A DNA stretch of 64,000 nucleotides, taken from NCBI GenBank assembly GCA_041182185.1, contig JBEGOD010000055.1:76490-140489 (forward strand), given 5' to 3'. Made by a program: the position numbers and the translations under genes. Position 1 is the stretch's first letter, and the number at the start of each line of letters is the position of its first letter. Below, one piece after another: positions 37,352-48,478 of the stretch. The notes below the pieces were generated by a model. That model was not told the DNA's origin. It did not search any database and was given only the letters and a program-made list of their open reading frames with translations. The stretch is from Pseudomonadota bacterium. GTDB lineage: Bacteria; Pseudomonadota; Alphaproteobacteria; Sphingomonadales; Sphingomonadaceae.

Positions 37352-37777
37352 CTAACTGCTAATATGGCTCTTCAGTTCGATCCCGTTGCCCTCTGGGTCT
37401 GTTAAATAAATGGATGGGGCGAACCCCCGCGCACCAAACCGCATTTTGGGAGGAGCGACGTTGATACCAAAAGCCACCAAATGGGTTCTCAGTGCCTCGA
37501 AGTCGAACGGGCTAATGCATAGGCACAGGTGATCAACATTTTTGCCGGAGCGGTCATCTTGCGATGTCGCCCTCTCTCCGATGTCGTGATTGATGCTCAC
37601 AATGTCGATCATCGTATCACCTGCTCTGAGATGCGTTAGGCCAATCTCGGGCCGATCCCAAACGAGCTCGCAGCCGATAACATTGATATAGAACGCTATT
37701 AGATTAGGTCTGCTCAATGACCGGATAACAACATGGTCAATTGTCGTAAGACTGAATGGCGGCATATACCTTTTCAT
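37352..37777 (-). CDS. VOC (glyoxalase) family protein
   Basis: IDHVVI, NVDHLCL, RFGARG, SIYLTDPEGNGIELK. Confidence 0.85.
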   Translation of the reverse strand: MKRYMPPFSLTTIDHVVIRSLSRPNLIAFYINVIGCELVWDRPEIGLTHLRAGDTMIDIVSINHDIGERATSQDDRSGKNVDHLCLCISPFDFEALRTHLVAFGINVAPPKMRFGARGFAPSIYLTDPEGNGIELKSHISS

Positions 37778-37879
37778 TACCCTGCTTAATTAACAAAATT
37801 CGCGTCACTCATATGGGGGTGTTATAATGCAAAAGCTCTGACCAAAGCCGGGCATCATAATTCGTATTGGTCTGCCATG

Positions 37880-38803
37880 TTATGCCATCAGTCCAAGCGG
37901 GTTTTCGATCAGGTCCTTGAACGCCTGCATCAGTTGCGCGCCGTCGGCGCCATCGATGGCGCGGTGGTCGAAGCTGCCGGTCGCGCTCATCACGCTGGCG
38001 ACGGAAAGCGCACCGTCGACCACATTGGGCCGCAGCTCGCCCGCACCGACAGCCATGATCATCGCTTGGGGCAGATTGATGACGGCGTCGAACTGCTTGA
38101 TCCCGAACATACCGAGGTTGGAGAGGCTGGCTGTGCCACCTTGGTATTCGTGCGGCATCAACTTGCCGTCGCGGGCCTTGTCGGCCAGCGCCTTCATCTC
38201 GTTGCTGATCTGCGCCACGCCCTTGGCCGCGGCATCGACGATGATCGGGGTGATCAGACCTGAGGGAGCCGCCACCGCAACTGAGATGTCTGCGCGGCTG
38301 TACTTGCGCAGTTCATCGCCAGCAAAGCTGACGTTGCACCTGGGCACCCGGATCAGCGCCTTGGCCAGTGCCTTGATCAACAGATCGTTGACCGACACCT
38401 TCACGCCGTCGGCTTCGAGCGCCTTGTTCAGTTCGCCGCGCAGCTTGAGCAGGGCATCAAGCCGCACGTCAACGGTCAGGTAAATGTGCGGAATGGCCTG
38501 CTTAGCCTCGGTCAGGCGGCGGGCGATCGTTTTTCGGACATTGTTCAATTTTTCAGCTTCGTAAGGAATGCCGAAATCCGAAACGGCGGACAGAGCCGCT
38601 TGCGACGGAGTAGCGGACGAAGCAGGGAGCGGTGCCGCGCCGGGCTGTGCAGCCTCGACATCGGCCTTCACTATCCGGCCATTCGGACCGCTGCCCCTGA
38701 CTGCCTTAAGGTCCACGCCCTTCTGATTGGCGATCCGCTTGGCGAGCGGTGAGGCGATCACGCGATTAGGCTGAATCATCCCAGTCTGGTCAGATTTTGG
38801 CAT
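37880..38803 (-). CDS. pdhC: Pyruvate dehydrogenase E2 (dihydrolipoamide acetyltransferase) lacking the N-terminal lipoyl domain
   Basis: Begins at the subunit-binding domain ([17 protein letters not shown]); catalytic DHRAIDG intact; overlaps the pdhB stop, so there is no room for a lipoyl domain. Confidence 0.85.
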   Translation of the reverse strand: MPKSDQTGMIQPNRVIASPLAKRIANQKGVDLKAVRGSGPNGRIVKADVEAAQPGAAPLPASSATPSQAALSAVSDFGIPYEAEKLNNVRKTIARRLTEAKQAIPHIYLTVDVRLDALLKLRGELNKALEADGVKVSVNDLLIKALAKALIRVPRCNVSFAGDELRKYSRADISVAVAAPSGLITPIIVDAAAKGVAQISNEMKALADKARDGKLMPHEYQGGTASLSNLGMFGIKQFDAVINLPQAMIMAVGAGELRPNVVDGALSVASVMSATGSFDHRAIDGADGAQLMQAFKDLIENPLGLMA

Positions 38804-40145
38804 AGCAGACCTTGCGCACCGCCTCGACGATGCGGGGGGCGTCGATCAGGGCTGCTCGTTCAAGATTCGCTGCGTAAGGCAGCGGCACGTCCTCATCGCA
38901 CACCCTTAGTACCGGCGCGTCGAGATAATCGAACCCGTCTTCCATGCAGATCGCCATGACCTCGGACGCGATCGAACATTGCGGCCAGCCTTCCTCGGCA
39001 ATGATAAGGCGGTTGGTCTTGGCCAGCGAGGTCAAAACGGCCTCACGGTCCAGCGGACGCAGGGTGCGCAGGTCGAGCACTTCGGCATCGATCCCCTCCG
39101 CCGCCAGCGTCTCTGCGGCTTCCAGCGCGAAGCCGACGCCGATTGAGTAGGACACGATCGTCACGTCGCTGCCCTCACGCATGAGCCGCGCCTTGCCGAT
39201 CGGCAGCACGTGGTCGTCGAGTTCCGGAAGTGCGAAGCTGCGGCCATAAACCAGCTCGTTCTCGAGAAACACGACAGGGTCCTCGCTGCGGATCGCAGCC
39301 TTGAGCAGGCCCTTGGCATCCGACGCATCGTACGGCGCGATCACCACAAGTCCGGGCACATTGGAGTACCACGGTGCATAGTTCTGACTGTGTTGCGCGC
39401 CGACGCGGCTGGCCGCACCGTTCGGGCCGCGAAACACAACCGGACAACGCATCTGACCGCCGGACATGTAATTGGTCTTGGCGGCAGAATTGATGATGTG
39501 GTCGATCGCTTGCATGGCGAAGTTGAACGTCATGAACTCCACGACTGGCCGCAAGCCGCCCATCGCCGCACCGGTGCCGATCCCGGCGAAACCGTATTCG
39601 GTAATCGGGGTATCGATCACGCGCTTCGCGCCGAATTCCTCGAGCAGCCCCTGGGTGACTTTGTAGGCGCCCTGGTATTCCGCCACTTCCTCGCCCATCA
39701 CGAAGACGCGGCTGTCTCGGCGCATTTCCTCGGCCATGGCGTCGCGCAGTGCCTCGCGCACGGTCACGGTCTTCATATTTGTGCCAGCCTGAACTTCCGG
39801 ATCGGCCGCAAGAGGAACGGACACCGACCGCTGAGCAGGAGCTGGCTGCACGGGTGCGATCTGCGCCGGCGCTGCGGCCGCTGCCGGAGCAGACACCGCT
39901 TCGCCCTCGCCACCGATCACCGCAATCACGGTGCCGACCTTCACGCCTTCGGTGCCTTCGGGCACAAGAATCTTGCCGATCACCCCTTCGTCGACTGCCT
40001 CGAATTCCATCGTCGCCTTGTCGGTTTCGATCTCGGCGATGATGTCACCCGATTTAACCTCGTCGCCTTCCTTTACGAGCCACTTGGCCAGCGTGCCCTC
40101 TTCCATCGTAGGCGAGAGCGCGGGCATCTTTAGTTCGACGCTCAT
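38790..40145 (-). CDS. pdhB: Pyruvate dehydrogenase E1 beta with N-terminal lipoyl domain
   Basis: [16 protein letters not shown] lipoyl motif; [36 protein letters not shown]. Confidence 0.95.
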   Translation of the reverse strand: MSVELKMPALSPTMEEGTLAKWLVKEGDEVKSGDIIAEIETDKATMEFEAVDEGVIGKILVPEGTEGVKVGTVIAVIGGEGEAVSAPAAAAAPAQIAPVQPAPAQRSVSVPLAADPEVQAGTNMKTVTVREALRDAMAEEMRRDSRVFVMGEEVAEYQGAYKVTQGLLEEFGAKRVIDTPITEYGFAGIGTGAAMGGLRPVVEFMTFNFAMQAIDHIINSAAKTNYMSGGQMRCPVVFRGPNGAASRVGAQHSQNYAPWYSNVPGLVVIAPYDASDAKGLLKAAIRSEDPVVFLENELVYGRSFALPELDDHVLPIGKARLMREGSDVTIVSYSIGVGFALEAAETLAAEGIDAEVLDLRTLRPLDREAVLTSLAKTNRLIIAEEGWPQCSIASEVMAICMEDGFDYLDAPVLRVCDEDVPLPYAANLERAALIDAPRIVEAVRKVCYAKI

Positions 40146-41200
40146 CAGTAGCTCTCCACCAGTACGTCGGTGTAGAGTTCAGGCATATCTGGCTCCGGCG
40201 AATTTTCTGCAAAATCGGCAGCTTCGTTGACAATGCTGCGAATCTGCTTGTCGATTTCCTTGATGCGATCCTCGGGGACACCGCGCCGGGCAAGCTCGAC
40301 CTTGGCGGCGTCGATCGGATCGTGCTTTTCGCGCATTTCCTGCACTTCCTCGCGCGTGCGATACTTGGCCGGGTCTGACATCGAGTGACCACGATAGCGG
40401 TAAGTGTGCAATTCCATCAGCACCGGACCGTTGCCGTCGCGCACATGCTTGATAGCGACTTCGGCTGCGGCCCGCACTTCGAGCACGTCCATTCCGTTGA
40501 CGTCCATGCCGGGAATGCGGAACGCCGTGCCGCGGCGGTAGAAATGCGTCTCCGCCGAACCGCGCTTGACCGCCGTACCCATGGCATAACCGTTGTTTTC
40601 GACCACGAAGATCACCGGCAGGTTCCACAGCGCAGCCATGTTGAACGCTTCATAGACCTGACCTTGGTTGGAGGCACCATCGCCGAAGTAGGACATGCAG
40701 ATGCCGCCATCATCGCGGTACTTGTGACCGAATGCCAATCCGGCGCCGAGCGGCACCTGCGCACCGACGATGCCGTGGCCTCCGTAGAACTTGCGATCAG
40801 TCGAGAACATGTGCATCGACCCGCCCTTGCCGCGCGAAATACCGGCGGCGCGGCCGGTCAGTTCTGCCATGATGAGCTTCGGATCGATCCCGTAGGCCAG
40901 CATATGCCCGTGATCGCGATAACCGGTGATCACGCTGTCCTTGCCCGCTTCGAGCGCCGACTGCAAACCCACGGCAACAGCTTCCTGACCGATGTAGAGG
41001 TGGCAGAAGCCGCCGATCAGGCCCAGGCCGTACAGCTGCCCGGCCTTCTCCTCGAAACGCCGGATGAGCAGCATCTGCTGATATAACCTCAGCAATTCCT
41101 CATCGCTTGCGTCGTAGCGCGGGTTCGCGACGTAGGCGTCTTGCAGGTTGCGCAGCGGAACACCCCCCGTTTCCGGAAGTGTCTTCGATCTCTTCGGCAT
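40145..41200 (-). CDS. pdhA: Pyruvate dehydrogenase E1 alpha
   Basis: [31 protein letters not shown] ThDP motif, [15 protein letters not shown]. Confidence 0.95.
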   Translation of the reverse strand: MPKRSKTLPETGGVPLRNLQDAYVANPRYDASDEELLRLYQQMLLIRRFEEKAGQLYGLGLIGGFCHLYIGQEAVAVGLQSALEAGKDSVITGYRDHGHMLAYGIDPKLIMAELTGRAAGISRGKGGSMHMFSTDRKFYGGHGIVGAQVPLGAGLAFGHKYRDDGGICMSYFGDGASNQGQVYEAFNMAALWNLPVIFVVENNGYAMGTAVKRGSAETHFYRRGTAFRIPGMDVNGMDVLEVRAAAEVAIKHVRDGNGPVLMELHTYRYRGHSMSDPAKYRTREEVQEMREKHDPIDAAKVELARRGVPEDRIKEIDKQIRSIVNEAADFAENSPEPDMPELYTDVLVESY

Positions 41201-41214
41201 GGTTGGAGCTCTTG

Positions 41215-41934
41215 TCAGTATTTAATTGTGCCGCCATCGACGACAAGTGTTTGCCCCGTCATGAATGCAGCTTCTTCTCCAGCGAGGAAGAGGATTGCCC
41301 CCAAGACGTCTTTGGGCGTTGCTACCCTTGGGATTGATTGTGAAGCAATAGTTTGCGCTACGACTTCAGGAGCATTTGCCTCAACAACGGCAGTCCCTTC
41401 GGTTCGCGTAAAATTCGGAGCTACGCAGTTTACCGTCAATCCAAATTCACCAAACTCAGAGGAGAGTGATCGAGACATCCCAATAATTGCTCCCTTACTA
41501 GCAATATAGTGAGCCATATTGGGCAACCCCATAAAAAATGTATTCGAAACAATATTTATTATTCGACCCCATTTTTTCTTTTTCATATTTGGAATAGAAG
41601 CTTGGCAGGTGTTAAAAACCGAACTTACATTTGTCGTAATAACCCTATCCCATTCCTCTTTCGTGATCTTTTCGAACGGCTGCATGGGATACACTCCTGC
41701 ATTATTTACAAGAATGTCGATTGGCCCAACTGCCGCTTCGGTATCGCTAAACAATGCCATCACGCTATTTTTGTCACTTACGTCACAATGCGCACGGATC
41801 ATTTCTGCTGATGTGTTGAAGCCGGCGTAAGAGACATCCGCCCCGACAACCGAGAAGCCGCGGGCAGAAAAGGCTTCTGCAATTGCTGCCCCGATACCCT
41901 GAGCACTGCCTGTAACAAGAACCACTTTAGACAT
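41215..41934 (-). CDS. Short-chain dehydrogenase/reductase
   Basis: TGSAQGIG, NNAG, YIASK; AT-rich codon usage. Confidence 0.9.
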   Translation of the reverse strand: MSKVVLVTGSAQGIGAAIAEAFSARGFSVVGADVSYAGFNTSAEMIRAHCDVSDKNSVMALFSDTEAAVGPIDILVNNAGVYPMQPFEKITKEEWDRVITTNVSSVFNTCQASIPNMKKKKWGRIINIVSNTFFMGLPNMAHYIASKGAIIGMSRSLSSEFGEFGLTVNCVAPNFTRTEGTAVVEANAPEVVAQTIASQSIPRVATPKDVLGAILFLAGEEAAFMTGQTLVVDGGTIKY

Positions 41935-41943
41935 GCGCGCCTC

Positions 41944-42717
41944 TCACCAAGCTGTTGTACCGCCATCGACGGCCAAATCAGTGCCGGTTATCCATTTTGC
42001 GTCATCCGATGCGAGAAAGGCTGCGGCGGCGGCCACATCCTCTGGTTGACCAATGCGATCCAACATTATTTTGGATTGCATGGCGCCTGCCCATTCGGGA
42101 TCATCTAGCAGCGCCTTACTCTGGTTCGTCAAAATCAGTCCGGGTGAGATGGAATTGACGCGGATGCCATGTGGCGCGCCCTCCATCGCTAGATGGCGGC
42201 TCATAGCTAGTATTCCCGATTTTGCAGTTGAATGCGCCAAGCCAGGAACAACCTTGTAACAAATATGCGCTGACACAGATGCGGTGTTTATTATAACCCC
42301 TCGACCCTGTTCAATGAATAGAGGCCATATCGACTTACAGGTATGGAAAACTAAATCGACTTCTTCGCGCATCGTCCTCGAAAATGTCTCAAATGACATG
42401 TCCGTGAACCATGCAAAATGCGCCATGGCCGCATTGTTGTATAGTATGTCTATCGCGCCATAAACGGACTTTGCTTTTGCAATAAGCTCGGATACCTGAA
42501 TTGGATCTGTGAGATCGCATTGAATAAACATGGCGTCTGAACCGCCGGCGGAACGAACCGCTTCCAATGCCTCTTCACCACGTGAAGGATCAACATCGCA
42601 GCCTATGACCCTCGCTCCTTCGGCGGCAAAACGGAGGCATGCAGCAAGACCAATGCTACCTCCGCTGCCTGTGATCAAAACCACCTTATCCCGGAGACGA
42701 GAGTGGATGTGGTGCAT
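41944..42717 (-). CDS. Short-chain dehydrogenase/reductase (HxxxK active-site variant)
   Basis: TGSGGSIG, NNAA, NTAS, AHSTAK where YxxxK is expected. Confidence 0.88.
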   Translation of the reverse strand: MHHIHSRLRDKVVLITGSGGSIGLAACLRFAAEGARVIGCDVDPSRGEEALEAVRSAGGSDAMFIQCDLTDPIQVSELIAKAKSVYGAIDILYNNAAMAHFAWFTDMSFETFSRTMREEVDLVFHTCKSIWPLFIEQGRGVIINTASVSAHICYKVVPGLAHSTAKSGILAMSRHLAMEGAPHGIRVNSISPGLILTNQSKALLDDPEWAGAMQSKIMLDRIGQPEDVAAAAAFLASDDAKWITGTDLAVDGGTTAW

Positions 42718-42739
42718 AACTCTCGTCTCCGGGATAATA

Positions 42740-45100
42740 TCAGTAGCGATAGTTCAGGCGGACATACCAAGTTCGCTTGTCGGCATACGCGCGGCCAGCA
42801 TACTCGGGGACGGAACCAAAGAAGCCGGTCGTCCAGTATGTCTTGTTGAACAGGTTATCGACGCCTGCCGTGACTGACATGCTATCATCCTTGGTCGCAT
42901 ACGTCAGACTTGCACTTGCAACCTCGTAGGCATCAACGCGCTCGGAATCGAGGTTAGCTACACCCAAGCCGTTGAAATGCTTGCCGACGCCGTCCATGGA
43001 TGCATTGAACATCAGGCTACCAGCATCCTTCAGTTCGACGCGATAGTTTGCCCCCACGCTGAAGCTGTACTTCGGTGTTGAGACCGGATGGGCATTCAGA
43101 CCAGGCGCATAGCCTGTAAAGTCGGGCGCGAAGATCGGATGAGTGGGATCAGCGCGGGTGTACTCCGCATCGAGAAGACCAAGGTTGCCATAGATCTGAA
43201 GACCCGGAGTTGGTGCCCACGTAATCTCAGCTTCGAGGCCGTTGATCCGCTGATCTGACAACGCCACTGTCTGAGGCGAAATGAGATCGGCGTGATTCTT
43301 GTACTTGCTCGAGAATGCCGTGATGTTGGTCCGTAAGGTGCGGCCAAACCAATCAGCCTTGATACCTGCCTCGAAGGTCTTCACCGTCTCCGGTGCTAGG
43401 AAACGCGACGCTGGAACGGGGTCGGTTGCGCGGTCGCCTTCAAGGTTCCCGGCCTTGTAGCCCGTCGTGTAGGTCGCATAGAGAAGGATATCGCGTGTCG
43501 CCTGCCAGTTCAGGCCCACGCGTGGCGTGAAGCGGCTGAAGTCCTTGCTCGGAAAGACTGGGAAGCCCGGATAGTGGGTCTGCTGGTCCTCGAAGAGCGA
43601 GTCATACCGGACCTTCTTCTTGTCCCAAGTCTGGCGCACGCCTCCCAGCAGGAACAGGTTGTCCAGGACCTCCCATGTGCCGTCGAAATAAAGCGCGTAA
43701 CTCTTCGCGTCCTGGAAAGTGTCCTGGTACGAGCCGCCGAACTTTTCCGTAAAGCCGGGGTGCGCCACGGGAGAGAACTCGACCGGCACACCGATGGTGG
43801 AACCGTATTGCAGCTGCCCCCACTGGTTGCTGAAATAGAACGCCCCAAGGGTATATTTGAAGCGCTCCCCGATAGAACCCGAGAGCTGCAGCTCCTGCGT
43901 GAACTGGTCGTAATCCTCGTCAGTGTCCACGGTGCTGCCGAGTGTGATGCCGAAGATCGTGGAACGGGTGAGGTCGGAACCGAGCTGGGACACGTAATGG
44001 CCATCATAGTGCCGAAAGCCGGAAATCGACTTTAGAGTGCCGATGTCGGTCTCAGCCGAGGCCTTGAACACGATGCCGTAGCCGTCGAAGTTGTGGCCCG
44101 GACGACGCCCGAACCCACCCATATCAGTTAGAGGTTCAAGTGCCCCACGGTTGGCCCCATAGACAGGCGTGAACTTCACCGAGCCGTTTTTGGAAAGAAG
44201 CTGGGCAAGGGACGTCGGATCTGACGGAGCAATCGGGGTCATCAAGTTGGTCCCGTCGTCCTGCTTGAAGACGTCGAGATTAAGTTCAAATTCCACCTTT
44301 TCGTTCGGCTTAAAATAGGTCGCCAGGCGCGCGCCATAGTGCAGAAGCTTCGAAATGTCGTCCTTGATGACCCGGTTTGATGAATCGACCTGCCTCATGA
44401 ATCCGTCGTTCGCAGTGCGGTAGGCGTCGAGCTTAATCGCCAGCTTGTCCTCGATAAGGGGGATGCTGACGTTGCCCTTCACATCGATGCGGTTCCGGCT
44501 GCCAAACGTAACCGAGGCAGACCCTTTGACATCATTGAGGTCTGGCTTACGCGGAACAAATTTGATCGCGCCGACCGTCGCATTGCGCCCATACAGCGTG
44601 CCCTGCGGACCACGCAGTACTTCAACCCGTTCGAAGTCGATCATATCGACATACGCTGCAGCCGTAGACTGGAGATAGATGTCGTCAACGAACACGGCGA
44701 CAGCGTTTTCGGCGTTCCAGTTGTTGTTCGCCCGGCCCGCACCACGCAGGTAGAACTGGGGCGCAGCGAACGAAACGGTGTTCTTTGGTGCCTGAAAATT
44801 GGGAACGATGGACGAGAGATCCATCACGCTCTTAACGTCGCGCTGTTCAAGCTGCTCGCCAGCCACGGCTGAGATCGCGATTGGCACAGCCTGCATGCTT
44901 TCCGAACGCTTACGCGCGGTGACCACGATGTCGACAATGCCCGTGTCTTCGGCCGGTGTCATGCTTGCACTTTCCTGGGGCGCCGCTGTTTGCGCAAATG
45001 CTGGCACTGCAAAAGCAGCAGCGGCAATCACTGCGACGGAGCTTGCCCGCAATAGCGAACGATGAAGTCGCTGAATGGTCTTATGTTGGCTTTGGATCAT
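42740..45100 (-). CDS. TonB-dependent outer-membrane receptor
   Basis: Signal peptide PAFA-Q, DIVVTARKRSE, ERVEVLRGPQGTLYGRN, aromatic C-terminus. Confidence 0.95.
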   Translation of the reverse strand: MIQSQHKTIQRLHRSLLRASSVAVIAAAAFAVPAFAQTAAPQESASMTPAEDTGIVDIVVTARKRSESMQAVPIAISAVAGEQLEQRDVKSVMDLSSIVPNFQAPKNTVSFAAPQFYLRGAGRANNNWNAENAVAVFVDDIYLQSTAAAYVDMIDFERVEVLRGPQGTLYGRNATVGAIKFVPRKPDLNDVKGSASVTFGSRNRIDVKGNVSIPLIEDKLAIKLDAYRTANDGFMRQVDSSNRVIKDDISKLLHYGARLATYFKPNEKVEFELNLDVFKQDDGTNLMTPIAPSDPTSLAQLLSKNGSVKFTPVYGANRGALEPLTDMGGFGRRPGHNFDGYGIVFKASAETDIGTLKSISGFRHYDGHYVSQLGSDLTRSTIFGITLGSTVDTDEDYDQFTQELQLSGSIGERFKYTLGAFYFSNQWGQLQYGSTIGVPVEFSPVAHPGFTEKFGGSYQDTFQDAKSYALYFDGTWEVLDNLFLLGGVRQTWDKKKVRYDSLFEDQQTHYPGFPVFPSKDFSRFTPRVGLNWQATRDILLYATYTTGYKAGNLEGDRATDPVPASRFLAPETVKTFEAGIKADWFGRTLRTNITAFSSKYKNHADLISPQTVALSDQRINGLEAEITWAPTPGLQIYGNLGLLDAEYTRADPTHPIFAPDFTGYAPGLNAHPVSTPKYSFSVGANYRVELKDAGSLMFNASMDGVGKHFNGLGVANLDSERVDAYEVASASLTYATKDDSMSVTAGVDNLFNKTYWTTGFFGSVPEYAGRAYADKRTWYVRLNYRY

Positions 45101-45385
45101 GGAAATCCTCCCCTCCCTTGTTGATTCGCAGTCTCAATGCCTAACCGGCTGGCTGCAATCGCCTATCTTTCGGACGGCGGCAGCTTCGTGTCCTGCCGGC
45201 AGAAAGAAGGAATTTGGTGGAATAGACTGCGAAGTGCACCTCCCGGGTTCGGCCGAAAGATAGGTGCTCGCAATCGCGGCCCTCTGCTTAGGTCTCATTC
45301 ATAAGCATCCGAGTCGGGACCGATTTGCCCATGCAAAACTACCTAAGACTGGGTGTGTCGATGAGTTTGAAGGAGGGATTCGTCC

Positions 45386-46615
45386 ATGGAAGTAGCATTT
45401 TTCATTCCGCCAACTGTCGGTACCCGCGAAGAACTGATGCAAGGTCTAGCGGGTCGTAGAACTGATCTTTATCAAAAGATGCTTGGTGGACTCACTGAAA
45501 TAGCGCAGTTCATGGACGATTTTGGATATTTTGGCATGGGCTTCACTGAGCATCACCTCTCAGTGGAAGGCATGACGCTTTCCAATAGTCCTTCAATGCT
45601 TGGGCTTTATCTAGGACAGCAGACTAAGCACCTGAACTTTGGCGCGCTTGGATATGTTTTGCCCGTCCATGACCCATTGCGGGTCGCGTCGGAAGTGACC
45701 ATGCTGGATCAGATGACGCAGGGCCGAGCATTTGCCGGTTTCGCCCGCGGGGTGCAGACGCGGTGGATTAACACCATGGCGCAGCATCGTTACAGCCTCG
45801 CGGATAACATTACCGATCCTAAGCGTTACGACGACGATCGACGCAAGCTGTTTTACGAGCATCTTGAGATCATTCTTAAAGCTTGGGACAATGATACTTT
45901 TTCGCACAAGGGCGAGTTCTGGACTATTCCAGCGCCAAAAACCGCTTGGCCGGGGCAGCGGATGAGCCGTGAAATGGGTGGGCGTAGTTTAGACGCAGAC
46001 GGAAATCTTGTCGAAGTCGGTGTCGCGCCAGCGATGTACAATCGCAAGCGTCCTTTGATGTTTGAGCCGTTCTCGGTGAGCCACAGTTCCATCGAAACGG
46101 CAGCGTCGAATGGCTTGGTTCCTATCGGGATCATGTGTGATCCCAAAATTGTGTCTGAACAGCTCGATGCGGCTCAGCGAGGATGGGAGAAGGCCGGGGT
46201 TAGCACTAAGCGAGGCGAAAAGGTCGGCTTTGCTCGTTACATGATTGTGGGCGAAACAGACGAAGAAGCGATGGAATTCGCTGAGCTTGCCATGTTTGAG
46301 TGGACCTATTTCTTCGCTCAATTCGGCTTCAACGCCGTGCTGGCCCGGGAAGGCGAAGACTGGAAGAGCATTCCGTCAACCATTCCGGAATTTATTAAGC
46401 GCGGCATTCTCTTCTGCGGCAGCCCGGACACCGTCAACAGGCAGCTCGAAGTTGCGCTGAAAAATATGCCGGTTGAGTACCTTTGGCTGTTTACGGCCAA
46501 CGGCCTGCTCCCTCAGCATATGATGATGAAGCATCTCGATCTTATGTCGCGAAAGGTGTTGCCCAACTTTACGGACAAGATCGGTCCGAATGTGCACCGC
46601 AAAGCTGCCGCCTGA
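45386..46615 (+). CDS. Luciferase-like (LLM) FMN-dependent monooxygenase
   Basis: FTEHH, HDPLRVASE..MLDQMTQGR..GFARG, GSPDTV, KVLPNF. Confidence 0.88.
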   Translation: MEVAFFIPPTVGTREELMQGLAGRRTDLYQKMLGGLTEIAQFMDDFGYFGMGFTEHHLSVEGMTLSNSPSMLGLYLGQQTKHLNFGALGYVLPVHDPLRVASEVTMLDQMTQGRAFAGFARGVQTRWINTMAQHRYSLADNITDPKRYDDDRRKLFYEHLEIILKAWDNDTFSHKGEFWTIPAPKTAWPGQRMSREMGGRSLDADGNLVEVGVAPAMYNRKRPLMFEPFSVSHSSIETAASNGLVPIGIMCDPKIVSEQLDAAQRGWEKAGVSTKRGEKVGFARYMIVGETDEEAMEFAELAMFEWTYFFAQFGFNAVLAREGEDWKSIPSTIPEFIKRGILFCGSPDTVNRQLEVALKNMPVEYLWLFTANGLLPQHMMMKHLDLMSRKVLPNFTDKIGPNVHRKAAA

Positions 46616-46629
46616 CAGGAGCGACACTG

Positions 46630-47505
46630 ATGGATTTCATGAGCCTGTGGAGCGATGTTTATCGCTCCGCATTCGAACAGGGCTATCTCGACGCCAATGG
46701 CATCAAGACTCGTTACATACGGGCAGGTGACAGGTCCAAGCCCAAGTTGATTTTCCTGCATGGAACGGGAGGGCATGCGGAAGCTTTTCTGCGTAACCTC
46801 GATGCGCATGCCGAGCATTTCGATACCGTCCTGATCGACTACTTGGGGCACGGCTGGACCGACAAGCCAGATGTCGCCTACGAGATGCCTGACTATTGCG
46901 ATCATCTCGCTGCCACGATGGATGCCTTAGGATTTTCCAAAGCTTCCATCTGCGGGGAATCGATGGGTGGTTGGATTGCGGCCTGGTTCGCCATTCAAAA
47001 TCCCGACCGAGTGGAACGGCTGGTCCTAAACACCATGGGCGGGGCCACGATGAACTCGCAGGTGATGCAAACCGTATATGAGAAGACCCTTGCAGCCGTG
47101 GAGCATCCGGAGACGCTTACCCGTCCTCGGCTCGAGTGGCTCATGGCAGATCCGTCGGTTGTTACGGATGATCTCGTTGCCTGCCGGACTCGGATTTATG
47201 CCCAGCCGGGCATGAAGGAAACGATGCGCAAAATCCTGTGTTTACAACAGGAGGAGCCGCGCCGACGCAATCTCATGACACCCGACAATATGGGACAGAT
47301 CAAGGCACCGACGCTGGTCATCTGGACCAGCAAGGATCCTACCGCCTCTGTCGAGACCGGACGAGAAATTGCCAGCTGGGTGCCAGGCTCGAAGTTCGCC
47401 GTCATGGAAAATTGCGGACATTGGCCTCAGTACGAAAAGCCGTATGAATATAACAAGCTATCTCTTGGCTTCTTGCTTGATGGCGACGTCCAGGGAGTAG
47501 CTTGA
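46630..47505 (+). CDS. Meta-cleavage product hydrolase, MhpC/HppC-like
   Basis: LHGTGGH, GESMGG nucleophile elbow, CGHWPQYE; ATG 46630; directly upstream of the MhpB homologue. Confidence 0.78.
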   Translation: MDFMSLWSDVYRSAFEQGYLDANGIKTRYIRAGDRSKPKLIFLHGTGGHAEAFLRNLDAHAEHFDTVLIDYLGHGWTDKPDVAYEMPDYCDHLAATMDALGFSKASICGESMGGWIAAWFAIQNPDRVERLVLNTMGGATMNSQVMQTVYEKTLAAVEHPETLTRPRLEWLMADPSVVTDDLVACRTRIYAQPGMKETMRKILCLQQEEPRRRNLMTPDNMGQIKAPTLVIWTSKDPTASVETGREIASWVPGSKFAVMENCGHWPQYEKPYEYNKLSLGFLLDGDVQGVA

Positions 47506-48458
47506 TGCCTGCACAGGCTATCTGCATGGGGCATGGAGGCCTGATGAACTTCCATGAGCTCCTGTCAGGCGACGAAGACCAGGAGGTTCGCTCAGAGCTC
47601 GCCTATGCTCGCGAGCAGGTGGAAACCTATTCGCCTGACCTCGTGGTCAAATTCGGCAATGACCATAACAGCGGCTTCTCGCTCCGTTTGATGCCGGCCT
47701 TCCTTGTGGCCCTAAGAGCACGTACTCTCGGAGATTTCGGAACGACTGCCCAAAAACTGGCGGTTGATGAAACCATCGGGCGTGAGCTTGTGACCTTCCT
47801 TCACGAGGCTGGCGTGGACGTGGCAACATCCTATGATGCGCTCTTCGACCATGGCATGGTCATGGCGCTCGACAAGTTGTTCGAAGAACCAGCGCATGTG
47901 CCTGTTATTCCGGTTTTCACCAATTGCGGGGGCGACCTGCGACCCCCACTCAAGCGATCGAAGGAGCTGGGCAAGGTAATAGGGGCGTTCTTTCGCGACC
48001 ATCATCCCGACCTCAAGGTCTTGTTTATCGGATCGGGAGGACTCTCCCACGACCCCCCTCTACCCATCTTCACAACCGCGCCTGTAGATGTGCAACAGCG
48101 CATGATCGACGGGGTCCAGTGGTCGGACGAGACACTCGCCACTAGGACCGTGAACGTCATTGCAGCTGGCAAGGAGCACGGGCGAGGAGAAGGACCGCTG
48201 CAGCCGCTCAACCCCACTTGGGACAACTGGCTTCTCGACTGTTTCCAGATCGGAGACTTGGAAGCCGTGGTGGCGCTCAGCGACGACGAGGTTATTGCCC
48301 AAGGTGGCCGCGGCGGAAGCGAAATCCGGAACTGGATCGCTGCTCTGTCGGCGCTGGGTGAGTACGGGCGTGAGAGTTACGCGGTGGACCACCGCTTCTA
48401 CCGTGCTTTACCCAGCTGGATAACGGGCTTCGGCCTTCTCCACGCACGTGCCAACTAA
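47505..48458 (+). CDS. mhpB: LigB-family extradiol dioxygenase, 2,3-dihydroxyphenylpropionate 1,2-dioxygenase-like
   Basis: CMGH, NDHNSGF, DHG, SGGLSHDPPLP, PLNPTWD, EIRNWIAA, WITGFG. Confidence 0.82.
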   Translation: MPAQAICMGHGGLMNFHELLSGDEDQEVRSELAYAREQVETYSPDLVVKFGNDHNSGFSLRLMPAFLVALRARTLGDFGTTAQKLAVDETIGRELVTFLHEAGVDVATSYDALFDHGMVMALDKLFEEPAHVPVIPVFTNCGGDLRPPLKRSKELGKVIGAFFRDHHPDLKVLFIGSGGLSHDPPLPIFTTAPVDVQQRMIDGVQWSDETLATRTVNVIAAGKEHGRGEGPLQPLNPTWDNWLLDCFQIGDLEAVVALSDDEVIAQGGRGGSEIRNWIAALSALGEYGRESYAVDHRFYRALPSWITGFGLLHARAN

Positions 48459-48478
48459 GTTATTCTGAAAGGCAAAAA

